Below, in pieces: positions 16,671 to 25,151 of a DNA stretch of 25,151 nucleotides. Numbering within the stretch: position 1 is the first letter of the stretch; each line of letters starts with the position of its first letter. The notes under the pieces were generated by a model. That model was not told the DNA's origin and made no database searches. It worked only from the letters and a program-made list of their open reading frames with translations. The DNA is from Candidatus Rokuibacteriota bacterium (GTDB taxonomy: Bacteria > Methylomirabilota > Methylomirabilia > Rokubacteriales > DASRDR01), in the NCBI GenBank assembly GCA_044866005.1, contig JBIOTN010000167.1, forward strand, positions 1 to 25,151, in the 5' to 3' direction. The position numbers and the translations under genes are program-made.

Positions 16671-19600
16671 ATGACCGACGTCCGTCTCGTGGCGAGACTC
16701 GCGGGCGTGGCCGCGGCCATCCTGTGGGCCCTGGCCCCCGCGACGGGCGGCGCTCAACCGCCGTCCGGCCACGAGAAGGGCGAAGGCGTGCCCCTGGCGG
16801 CGGATCAAGGCCCGGAGAGCGTCGCGCCGGGGCCCCGGTGTCCCGCCTCATCGCCGCGGCGGGAGTACACGCTCGTCGCCATCAACGTCGAGATCACCCT
16901 GAACCGCTTCCTGGATCACGACCCCCACGGCCGCATGTACGTGCTGGAGGAGGACCTGGCGCGTGTCAGACAGGAAGAGGCCCGGAACCGTGCGGCGCGC
17001 ACCGATCGGGCGGAGCCCGCGGTCTCGCTCGGGCTCCAGGGCGATGCCATCCAGCCGCTGACCCTCCGGGTCAACCAGGGCGAATGCCTGCGGGTGACGC
17101 TGCGGAACGAGCTCGGGAACGGCCGCGAGCCGGCCAGTCTCCACCTCCACGGCTCCTCGCTCCACCTCGCGAAGAACGGCACGCCGGCCATCGCCGCCAA
17201 TCCCGACGCCGTCGCGGCGCTCGGCGACCGCGTGACCTACGAGTGGTGGGTCGCGGACGACCAGCCGGAGGGCACCCACTACTTCCACAGCCACGGCGCG
17301 AGTCGCCTCCAGAGCGCCCATGGCCTCTTCGGGGCCGTGATCGTGGAGCCCGGAGGCTCCCGCTACCTGGACCCCGTGCGTGGGGGTGAGCTGCGCAGCG
17401 GGTGGGCGGCCATCATCCAGCCGCCGAGCGGGAGCCACTTCAGGGAGTTCGTCATCTTCTACCACGAGATCGGGAACGAGCGGCACCGCCTCCTGGACAA
17501 GGCCGGGCAGTTCGTGACCCAGGTGGATCCGTTCACCTCCGCGTACCGACCGGGGGCGCGGGCGCTGAACTACCGGAGCGAGCCGTTCATGAACCGGCTG
17601 GCGCTCCAGCGTGAGCGGTCCGGCCGGTTCGACCTCTCCCAGGCGTACTCGTCGTACGTGTTCGGTGACCCCGCGACCCCGATCGCGCGCAGCTATCTCG
17701 GCGATCCCGTCAAGGAGCGCGTCGTCCACGGCGGGTCGGAGGTCTTCCACGTCCACCACGTCCACGGCGGGGCCATCCGCTGGCGGCGCCAGCCGGGCGT
17801 GGAGCCGTCCGCCTTCGACCGCGGCCTCGACAAGCGTCCGCCGCTGATTCCGCAGGCCACGGAACGAGTGGACGCCCAGACCATCGGCCCGTCGGAGAGC
17901 TACGATCTGGCGCACGAATGCGGAAGCGGCGGGTGCCAGCAGGGCGCGGGGGACTACCTCGTGCACTGCCACGTGGCCCATCACTACATCGCCGGCATGT
18001 GGATGATCTGGCGGGTCTACAACACGCGCCAGGATGGCCGGGCCTCCCAGGACGCGCTGCCGCCCCTCGCGGAGCTCGCCGACCGGCGCGGCCGGATGGC
18101 GCCCGCGGTCACCTCCGAGGCCCTGATCGGCCGGACCGTGGACTGGAAGGGGACGACCTTCCAGGTCACCCCGAGCACTCTGGCGTCCTGGGTGGAGCGC
18201 CAGCTCCCGCCCCGCGGCGTGCCGAAAGGCTACGACGCCTCGGTGCTCGACTGGAGTCGAGACGGGGATCGCTACCTCGGCGAGCCGGACAGCGGCGAGA
18301 CCTGGCCGGGATTCCGCTCCCCGGCGCCCGGGAGCCGGCCGCCCGTTCAGTTCGATCCGGTCACCGGCAAGCTGGCCTATCCCTTCCTCCGCCCCCACCT
18401 GGGCGCGCGCCCGCCCTTCGCCCCGAATCATGGCCCTGCGCCCTTCCTCGACCCGGTCGAGCCAGGGACCGCGGCGCCCCGGCCCGGCGAGAGCGGACCC
18501 TGGAGTCTCTGTCCGGCCGGCACGAGGCTGAAGGAATTCGTCATCCACGCCGTCACCGTCCCGATCACCCTGAGCGAGAAGGCCAGCCTGGTGGACCCCG
18601 TCGGTCAGCTCTACGTGCTCAAGGAGCAGGAGAGCGCACTCCGCGCCACGAATCGCCTCAAGAGCCCGCTGGCGATCCGGGCGAATGCCGGCGAGGACTG
18701 CGTGGACGTCCTCCTCAAGAGCGAGCTGCCGGACGTCCGGGAGAACGCCTTCTTCAGCAAGGTGAACCTCCACATCCACTTCGTCCAGTTCGACGTCCAG
18801 GGGAGCGACGGCGTCAACACCGGTTTCAACTACGAGCAGTCCGTGCGCCCGTTCACCGTCGAGGGGGAGCGCCTGACCGCGGACGTCGCCGCGGGCGAGA
18901 CCGGCGTGCGCCTCCGAAGCGTGGAGCGCTTCCACCCGGGCACCCTGGTCGGCGTCGGCATGGACGAGGAGCGGACGTTCGAGCTCAAGCGGATCCACGA
19001 GATCCGGGGCGATGGCCTGGTCTTCGACGAGCCGTTGCGATTCGCCCACGGCCGGGGCGAGATCGTCAGCGCCGAGTTCGTGCGCTACCGCTGGTACCCG
19101 GACGTCCAGTTCGGCACCGCGTACTTCCACGACCACGTCCATGCCCTCACCTCGTGGCGGCACGGCCTCTTCGGCGCCCTGATCGCCGAGCCGCCGGGCT
19201 CCACCTACCACGACCCCCGCAGCCGGGCGGAGGTGAAGAGCGGCCCCGTCGCGGACATCCATACCCGGGCTCGGGCCTCGGCCGACGTGTCGGGCAGCTT
19301 CCGGGAGCTGGTCCTGTTCATCCAGGACGACAACCCCCTCACGCGCGTCGGCAACTCCAGCGGCAGCTCCTTCAACCTTCGCGTCGAGCCGCTGGCCGCC
19401 CGCGGGGAGGATCCGGCGCGCCTCTTCGCCAGCGAGGTGCACGGCGACCCGGAGACCCCGCTCCTCGAGGCGTTCCTGGGGGACCCGCTCGTGATCCGGA
19501 CGCTGGTCGCGGGGAGCAATGACGCCCACACCTGGCACCTGGACGGCCACTGGTTCCGGGCGGAACCCTGGAGCGACACCTCGCCCCCTCTCAGCACGAT

Positions 19601-20831
19601 CCACCTGGGGATCTCCGAGCGATACGACCTGACGATCCCCGGGGCCGGCGGGCCCCAGGGCCTTGCCGGGGATTACCTCTATTACAGCGGGCGGTCCTTC
19701 AAGCTTCGCGAGGGGAGCTGGGGGATCATCCGGGTCCATGACGGCGCGGCGAGCGTCTCCCTGCAGAAGCTGCCGGGCCGCGAGACGATCCCTCCGTCCC
19801 CGCCGTCGGTCTGCCCGGCCGGCGCGCCGCGGAGGGAGTTCGCCGTCGCCGCGATCGAGGCCGCGCTCCCGATGCTCGGCGAGGCGGGAGGAAAGCTCTA
19901 CGTCCTGCAGGAGGACAGAGCGGCCGCGCGTTCCGGCACGAAGCCCCGCGAGCCCCTGGTGCTCCGCGTGAACGTGGGGGACTGTATCCTGGTCCACCTG
20001 ACGAACGAGACCCGGACCGGTCCCGTCTCGTTCCATGCCGATCGGCTGGCCGCGGACCCCGGGGAATACCGGCAGGTCGCGGGCCCTGGCGAGCGCCGGA
20101 CTTACACCTACTTCGCGCATCCCCAGGTGGGGGAGACCGCGGCCCTGGTGCGGGACTGGGGGAACGTCCTGGAGAACCCCGGCCTCGGCCTGTACGGCGC
20201 CATCGTCGTCGGCCCCCCCGGGGCCACGTATCGACATCCCGTCACCGGCGAGGACGTCTCCGCGAAAGCGACCTGGCGAGCCGACGTCGTTCCGCCCGCC
20301 GGACGGCCCTACCGCGACTTCGTGCTCTTTCTCCAGGATCAGGACGAGGTGATCGGCACGGCGCTGATGCCCTACACGGAGCACGTCCGGGGCGTGGTGG
20401 GCGTGAACTACCGGGCGGAGCCCGCGCAGGCGCGGCTGACGAAGGACGCGGACCCGGCCGCGGTCTTCCGAAGCGGCGTGCACGGGGACCCGGCGACGCC
20501 GCTTCTCGAGGCCTTCGTCGGCGAGCCGGTCCGGATCCATCTCGTGGTCCCGTTCAGCGAGCAATCCCACGTGTTCAGCGTGGAGGGGCACGAGTGGCCG
20601 CTCGAGCCGGGGCGGGCCGGCACGAGCCTGCTCGCCTCGGTCAAGGTCGGCGGCATGGAGGCGCTCACGCTCGTCCTCGCCCCCGGCGCCGGGGGGGCGG
20701 CGCGGCTGCCGGGCGACTATCTCTACGGCGACCACCGGGAGCCGTACCGCGAAGCCGGCCTCTGGGGGATCTTCCGCGTCTACGCGGCCGACGCGGTCGA
20801 GACGCCGCTTCGGCGACTGCCGGCGCGCTGA
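16671..20831 (+). CDS. Large (~1386 aa) secreted multicopper oxidase, MnxG-like six-cupredoxin-domain architecture
   Basis: Signal peptide; Cu motifs HLH, HSH, HVHHVH, HCHVAHH..GM, HIHFV and FHDH; degenerate motifs in later domains; three internal repeats of PL.LR.N.G.C and GDP.TP.....GDPV. Confidence 0.85.
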   Translation: MTDVRLVARLAGVAAAILWALAPATGGAQPPSGHEKGEGVPLAADQGPESVAPGPRCPASSPRREYTLVAINVEITLNRFLDHDPHGRMYVLEEDLARVRQEEARNRAARTDRAEPAVSLGLQGDAIQPLTLRVNQGECLRVTLRNELGNGREPASLHLHGSSLHLAKNGTPAIAANPDAVAALGDRVTYEWWVADDQPEGTHYFHSHGASRLQSAHGLFGAVIVEPGGSRYLDPVRGGELRSGWAAIIQPPSGSHFREFVIFYHEIGNERHRLLDKAGQFVTQVDPFTSAYRPGARALNYRSEPFMNRLALQRERSGRFDLSQAYSSYVFGDPATPIARSYLGDPVKERVVHGGSEVFHVHHVHGGAIRWRRQPGVEPSAFDRGLDKRPPLIPQATERVDAQTIGPSESYDLAHECGSGGCQQGAGDYLVHCHVAHHYIAGMWMIWRVYNTRQDGRASQDALPPLAELADRRGRMAPAVTSEALIGRTVDWKGTTFQVTPSTLASWVERQLPPRGVPKGYDASVLDWSRDGDRYLGEPDSGETWPGFRSPAPGSRPPVQFDPVTGKLAYPFLRPHLGARPPFAPNHGPAPFLDPVEPGTAAPRPGESGPWSLCPAGTRLKEFVIHAVTVPITLSEKASLVDPVGQLYVLKEQESALRATNRLKSPLAIRANAGEDCVDVLLKSELPDVRENAFFSKVNLHIHFVQFDVQGSDGVNTGFNYEQSVRPFTVEGERLTADVAAGETGVRLRSVERFHPGTLVGVGMDEERTFELKRIHEIRGDGLVFDEPLRFAHGRGEIVSAEFVRYRWYPDVQFGTAYFHDHVHALTSWRHGLFGALIAEPPGSTYHDPRSRAEVKSGPVADIHTRARASADVSGSFRELVLFIQDDNPLTRVGNSSGSSFNLRVEPLAARGEDPARLFASEVHGDPETPLLEAFLGDPLVIRTLVAGSNDAHTWHLDGHWFRAEPWSDTSPPLSTIHLGISERYDLTIPGAGGPQGLAGDYLYYSGRSFKLREGSWGIIRVHDGAASVSLQKLPGRETIPPSPPSVCPAGAPRREFAVAAIEAALPMLGEAGGKLYVLQEDRAAARSGTKPREPLVLRVNVGDCILVHLTNETRTGPVSFHADRLAADPGEYRQVAGPGERRTYTYFAHPQVGETAALVRDWGNVLENPGLGLYGAIVVGPPGATYRHPVTGEDVSAKATWRADVVPPAGRPYRDFVLFLQDQDEVIGTALMPYTEHVRGVVGVNYRAEPAQARLTKDADPAAVFRSGVHGDPATPLLEAFVGEPVRIHLVVPFSEQSHVFSVEGHEWPLEPGRAGTSLLASVKVGGMEALTLVLAPGAGGAARLPGDYLYGDHREPYREAGLWGIFRVYAADAVETPLRRLPAR

Positions 20832-20902
20832 TCGACCGCGGTTCGCCAAGGCGGCTACGCCCCGCTTCGCGTGGCGGAGTCGCGTCAGCGGGGACTGACG
20901 GG

Positions 20903-23701
20903 TTACCGCGCGGCGGCGTCGACCAGGTCCGGGACGTCCGACGGCAGCCTGGACACGGCCCACGTCCACCGGCCGAAGCCGCCGTGCTCGGTCACCGCGC
21001 GCGCCCACTCGTCCAGCGCGGCGCGCTTCGCCTGATTCTGGGGCGAGTCCTGGCCCTTGACCTCCAGCACGAGCGTCGTCCCGGTCGTCAGGCGTACCAG
21101 GAAGTCCGGCCGATACTTCCGGACGACCCCGTCGAAGACGTAGACGATCTCGAAGCCGAGATGGTCGTTCTTCGCCCAGGCGTCCACGGCCGGGTGACGG
21201 TCGAGCGTGAACGCCTCGCTCGCTTCCCACGTGCTGTCGAAGACGCACCGGTTGACGTGCGAGTGCTCGGTGGCGGCCCAGGGACGGCCGGTGAACCAGG
21301 GCAGCATGTCGCCGGTGCCGCGGATCGGCCGCTCGCTGTCGAACACCGGCGTGAGGGCGAGGGTGTTCTCGTGGCGGATCGCGCCCCAGAGGTGGCGGAC
21401 GATGCGGTTCATGTTGAGGGTCAGCAGGATGCGGCGCCGGCGCGGATCGGCCGCGAAGACCGCGGGAGAGATCGCGAGCCGGTCCGAGGCGAGGAAGCGC
21501 TCGACCAGGGGCACGAGCTGGCCGATCAGGACCTCCCGGCTCCCGGCCCAGGTGGGGGCCATCTGGTCGAAGACGTCCCGCGCCGTCTCGAACACGATCG
21601 TCTGCATGCGGAAGCGGCGGGCAAGGTCGTCGAGATCGATCTCGGTGATCCGGCTGACGTCCGGCTTGCCCTCGATCACCGGCGCGAGCTGCGCCAGGGT
21701 CGGCGTGTCCGTGGCAGGGAGCCCCAGTACCGGCAGTCCGGTCCAGTCCAGCGTCAGACGTGGCGCCCAGGCGTGCTCGACACGCACCACGTTGGGCCAC
21801 GTGATCTCGAAGGCGCGCTTCTCGGGCACCGGCTCGATCCGGGACTTGGGCGGGGGCGGCGGCGGGACGACCTGCTCTCCACCCTCGTGCGGCAGGAAGG
21901 TGAACGGGATGCCGAAGATGTTGACGTGCTCGGCCGGGAAGAGGCCGGTCGCCGGGTCCAGCTCGTAGGCCGTCCGGCGGAGGCCGCGCCCCACCACCTG
22001 CTCGCAGAGGAGCTGGCTCGAAAAGGCCCGCAGCCCCATGATGTGGGTCACGGTCCGGGCGTCCCAGCCCTCGGTGAGCATCCCCACCGAGATCACCTTC
22101 TGGATGTGCTCCCCCGGCTTGCCCGGCTGGCCGACCGTGTCCACCTGGACGCGGAGGCGCTCGGCCTGCTGCTCCTTGGTCAGCTTGCGGCCGGGGCGCT
22201 GGTCGTCATCGCCCTCGGCCTCATCGTCGTCGGCCGCCGCGGCGGCGCCCTCGGGCTCCTCCCGGGCCTCGGCCTTCTCCAGCACCCGGGAGTCGATGTG
22301 CAGGGTGCGCTCGGGGACCGCGAGCTCGTCGATGCGCACCTTGCCGTGGACGAACGCGTGGTGGACGCGGGCCGCCGTCTCCGTCCGGTTGGCGACCGTG
22401 ATCATCACGGGCGGGGTGGCGAGGCCCGCGGCGGCCCAGCGGCGGGCCGTCTCCAGCCAGTCCTTGCCGAGCAGGTAGTAGGCGTTCACGACCAGGTCGG
22501 GGAGCGGCTCGTGAGGCTCGGCCTTGCGACCGAGGTCGTCGCGGACCCACTGGTAGATGTGGTAGAGCTTCGACCGGTAGGCGGCCGCGTCGGGCACGCC
22601 GTCGTCCCGGACCACCACGCGCGGCGTCTTCACCAGGCCGGACTCGATCGCGTCGTTCAGGCTGAAGTCGCTCACGACCCAGTCGAACAGGGCCTCCTCC
22701 GAGCTTTCCTTGCCCGACGGCGAGAACGGCGTGGCCGAGAAGTCGTAGCAGGAGAGGATGCCGCGGCTCCGGTGGATTCGGTCGAGGCCGCCGATCCAGC
22801 GCGTCGCCTCCTCGATCTCCGCCTTCGCGACCCCGCGCAGTTTCGACTCCGCGGGCACCCGCCAGGCGTGGTGCGCCTCGTCGTTGACGACGAGCAGATT
22901 CGAGGCGGAGGCCATGTCGCCGAGCACTTCCTGCACGTAGGCGGCGTCGCTCTTGGCGCCGCGCTTGTCCACGCCGCGCTTCCTGGCGAGCTGCTCGTCG
23001 GTCTCCCAGTTGAGCACGTGCCAGTTGCGGACGCGGACTCGCCCCTGGCGCAGGCGCTCGCGGAGGGCCGAGGGGACCATGTCGAATCGGTCGTAGTAGT
23101 TCCCGGCGTCGGCCGGCTCCAGCACGGCCAGCCGCTTCCTCACGGTGAGCCCCGGCGCCAGCACCAGGACGTGCTTGGAGAAGCGCGGGTCCTGCGGGTT
23201 CGCCACGCGATTGAGGACGTGCCAGGCGATGGCCATCGCCATGACGAGCGTCTTGCCCGAGCCGGTGGCCATCTTGGCGCAGAGCCGGGTGAAGGGCCCG
23301 CCGTCCCCCGGCACGGCGATCCCCTGACGGTCTCCGGCCGGGGCCTCGGTCAGCCAGATCAGCGTCTCGATGGCCTCGAGCTGGCAGAAGAAGAACCGGC
23401 GCGCCTCCCAGGTCTCGGGATCCCGCCAGTGCTGGAGGAGCCGAAGCGTCGTGCCCGTGACCCCGGGATAGCCCGCCTCGCGCCAGGCCTGGACGCGGGG
23501 TCGAATGCGGTTGACGAGGGGCAGCGGTACGAACACGCCCGGGTCGTCGAACGACCGGGAACCCGGCGTGGCGACCACGTAGCCCGCCGGGCGCCGGCCG
23601 GGCTCCAGGCTGAAGCTGCGGCTCTCGCGCTCGTAGCGCCAGTGGCGCTCGGGCTCGTCGTAGGGGCCGTTGACGATGAGCTGGTCGATCGTGCCGCCCA
23701 T
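20903..23701 (-). CDS. res: Type III restriction enzyme Res subunit (SF2 helicase plus PD-(D/E)xK nuclease)
   Basis: FFCQLEAIET, Walker A MATGSGKT, DEAHH, SAT, LTEGWD, QVVGRGLRR and C-terminal YRPDF..LEVKG. Confidence 0.92.
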   Translation of the reverse strand: MGGTIDQLIVNGPYDEPERHWRYERESRSFSLEPGRRPAGYVVATPGSRSFDDPGVFVPLPLVNRIRPRVQAWREAGYPGVTGTTLRLLQHWRDPETWEARRFFFCQLEAIETLIWLTEAPAGDRQGIAVPGDGGPFTRLCAKMATGSGKTLVMAMAIAWHVLNRVANPQDPRFSKHVLVLAPGLTVRKRLAVLEPADAGNYYDRFDMVPSALRERLRQGRVRVRNWHVLNWETDEQLARKRGVDKRGAKSDAAYVQEVLGDMASASNLLVVNDEAHHAWRVPAESKLRGVAKAEIEEATRWIGGLDRIHRSRGILSCYDFSATPFSPSGKESSEEALFDWVVSDFSLNDAIESGLVKTPRVVVRDDGVPDAAAYRSKLYHIYQWVRDDLGRKAEPHEPLPDLVVNAYYLLGKDWLETARRWAAAGLATPPVMITVANRTETAARVHHAFVHGKVRIDELAVPERTLHIDSRVLEKAEAREEPEGAAAAADDDEAEGDDDQRPGRKLTKEQQAERLRVQVDTVGQPGKPGEHIQKVISVGMLTEGWDARTVTHIMGLRAFSSQLLCEQVVGRGLRRTAYELDPATGLFPAEHVNIFGIPFTFLPHEGGEQVVPPPPPPKSRIEPVPEKRAFEITWPNVVRVEHAWAPRLTLDWTGLPVLGLPATDTPTLAQLAPVIEGKPDVSRITEIDLDDLARRFRMQTIVFETARDVFDQMAPTWAGSREVLIGQLVPLVERFLASDRLAISPAVFAADPRRRRILLTLNMNRIVRHLWGAIRHENTLALTPVFDSERPIRGTGDMLPWFTGRPWAATEHSHVNRCVFDSTWEASEAFTLDRHPAVDAWAKNDHLGFEIVYVFDGVVRKYRPDFLVRLTTGTTLVLEVKGQDSPQNQAKRAALDEWARAVTEHGGFGRWTWAVSRLPSDVPDLVDAAAR

Positions 23702-24048
23702 CAGCTCACGTGCCCCGGCAGCGCCCGTTCGAGCGTGGCGATCAGCGCAGGGACCTCCAGCGTGGCGATCTCCCAGACCACGTCGTAGTTCACGCTGTCG
23801 TATCCGTGAATGATACGGTTCCGGGTGTTCACGATCTTGGGCCAGGGAATCTCGGGGTATCGAGCGTGGCCAGCCGGGGTCACCCGGTTCGCCGCCTCGC
23901 CGATGATCTCGATCAATCGCGTGAGCGCGAGCTGGAACATGCGGTCCGTGTCGAGGTCCCGGCGTGCTCGGCCGCGAACCATGGCGACGACCTCCCGAGC
24001 ATGATCCAGCATGTGGCGCATCGGGACGGTATCGTCACGCCGCGACAT
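23701..24048 (-). CDS. hepT: HEPN (DUF86) RNase toxin, HepT-like
   Basis: EIIGEAA, PEIPW and the RNRIIHGY (RX4HXY) motif; 115 aa. Confidence 0.9.
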   Translation of the reverse strand: MSRRDDTVPMRHMLDHAREVVAMVRGRARRDLDTDRMFQLALTRLIEIIGEAANRVTPAGHARYPEIPWPKIVNTRNRIIHGYDSVNYDVVWEIATLEVPALIATLERALPGHVS

Positions 24049-24343
24049 ACACTTCTTCGGCCTCCGCCAGGACCTCGTCGCGGAAATACTTGCTCAGCTC
24101 CTGAGGCGTTCTGAGATCGACCCGCCGGCCGAGAATCGCCGACAGCTCCTGCTGGATGTCGAAGAGCTTGAACCCGAGCGTCGTGCCCGGCTCGAATTCG
24201 ACCAGCACGTCCACGTCGCTCTCCGGCGTGAAGTCGTCGCGCAGGACCGAGCCGAAGAGGGCCAGCCGGCGGATGTGGTGGCGGCGGCAGAAGTCCGCGA
24301 TCTCCTCGCGGGGAACCGGGATGCGGGCGCGGCTCGGCGTCAT
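24035..24343 (-). CDS. mntA: Minimal nucleotidyltransferase antitoxin, MntA-like
   Basis: LFGSVLRDDFTPESDVDVLVEF (GSX10DXD) and GRRVDL; 102 aa; ATG overlaps the mod stop (ATGA). Confidence 0.9.
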   Translation of the reverse strand: MTPSRARIPVPREEIADFCRRHHIRRLALFGSVLRDDFTPESDVDVLVEFEPGTTLGFKLFDIQQELSAILGRRVDLRTPQELSKYFRDEVLAEAEEVYVAA

Positions 24344-25151
24344 GGCACCGGGACGATCTTGAGGCTCTCGATGCCGCGGTCGTCCACGATCTTGACGGCC
24401 GCGCGCTTGTGGGCGCCCCGCGCGAAGGGCAGGGACACCGTGCCGCGGTAGGCCTCGATGCGTTCGGCGTCCACCTCGGCCTTGAGGTTCCGGGCCAGGC
24501 GCGCCCAGCCGCCGCTCTCGTCGGCCATGGGGAAGAAGACCTGGCGCGGGAAGAGGCTCCGGCCGTCGTAGTCGGGGTCGAGCATCCAGAGGGCGATGCG
24601 CCGCGTGTCGCCCGACTCGATCTGGCCGGTCTTGGTGTTGTAGTAGTCGAAGCCGTGCACCTCGACCTCGAGCTTCCCCTTGTGCTCGCCCCTGCCGATC
24701 GGCCGCAGCGCGACGTCGGGCTGGCCCATGAGCCAGAACGACTCGTTGCTCGCCCGCTTCTTCTTGAGGTCCTCGGTCAGGAGGTCCGGGTTCATCTGGA
24801 CCTTGAGGAAGGTCATCCCGGTCTTCTCGCGCGTCAGCTCGTCGATGTCCTTCGCCGCCTCGGGGTCGAACTGGAAGGCCGCGAAGACGAGGATGCCCGG
24901 CCGCGGGTGGAGCGTCCGCGCCTCCTCCCAGGCCAGCTCGACCTGCCGCTGCTCGAGCGGCGCGTGCTCGGGCCCGAAGGAGATCACGACCCGATCGGCC
25001 GAGCGAGCCGGCCGCGGCTCGCTCACGCGGTCGGCGCCGCGGTCGTTGGGCAGGCTCTCGGCGTCGGCGTGGAGCCACCGGGTGCCCGCCAGCGGCTCGA
25101 CCCGGCTGAAGAGGATCATCTGGTTGTTCTTGCCCCGGATGCCGGTCTTCA
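24340..25151 (-). CDS. mod: Type III R-M Mod (DNA methyltransferase) subunit, C-terminal part (5' end outside window)
   Basis: FGPEHAPL, AFQFD, MNPDL..DLKK, F.L.GQPD, GFDYYN, WMLD.DYDGR..F..Q.FFP and AAVKIVDDRGIES are typical of the C-terminus of Mod proteins paired with this Res family. The catalytic motifs lie outside the window. Confidence 0.8.
   Translation of the reverse strand, partial: KTGIRGKNNQMILFSRVEPLAGTRWLHADAESLPNDRGADRVSEPRPARSADRVVISFGPEHAPLEQRQVELAWEEARTLHPRPGILVFAAFQFDPEAAKDIDELTREKTGMTFLKVQMNPDLLTEDLKKKRASNESFWLMGQPDVALRPIGRGEHKGKLEVEVHGFDYYNTKTGQIESGDTRRIALWMLDPDYDGRSLFPRQVFFPMADESGGWARLARNLKAEVDAERIEAYRGTVSLPFARGAHKRAAVKIVDDRGIESLKIVPVP

Noticed and set aside
20832..20902. 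Bidirectional terminator between the convergent MCO and res genes
   Set aside because: Only a 6-bp stem (CGTCAG/CTGACG, 20883-20900) and no U-tract.
16848..21800. 1650-aa minus-strand ORF, and similar long ORFs (1091-3634, 6527-8845, 20594-23788)
   Set aside because: Antisense shadows of well-supported genes in high-GC DNA; no recognisable motifs.
22195..22280. Acidic low-complexity stretch in Res as an intein or insertion
   Set aside because: Short linker with no splicing motifs.

Overview
Very GC-rich bacterial DNA. The gene repertoire (hpnJ, stand-alone 'DRRxF' PF04392 binding protein, palindromic intergenic repeats) suggests Ca. Rokubacteria/Methylomirabilota, but this is an inference. 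Four blocks: (1) 3' part of hopanoid radical-SAM gene hpnJ, coupled to a GT-C (ArnT/PMT-like) glycosyltransferase with a C-terminal LmeA/DUF2993-like domain; (2) about 11.5 kb of + strand metabolic genes: CADD/PqqC-like diiron oxidase, GlcG/HbpS heme protein, atypical ureohydrolase, two amidohydrolases, orphan binding protein, Gfo/Idh/MocA oxidoreductase, Cof HAD, PuuE-like deacetylase, 2-hydroxyacid dehydrogenase, Ser/Thr dehydratase and orphan livH, plus a 5'-truncated ArsR gene on the - strand and two copies of a REP/MITE-like double hairpin; (3) a secreted copper module behind a sigma-54-type promoter, made of a tandem di-cupredoxin and a ~1386-aa six-domain multicopper oxidase with MnxG-like motif order; (4) a convergent - strand type III restriction-modification operon with an MntA-HepT toxin-antitoxin pair nested between mod and res. 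No tRNA, rRNA, CRISPR array or transposase was seen. All family calls come from motif recognition by eye, not database searches.
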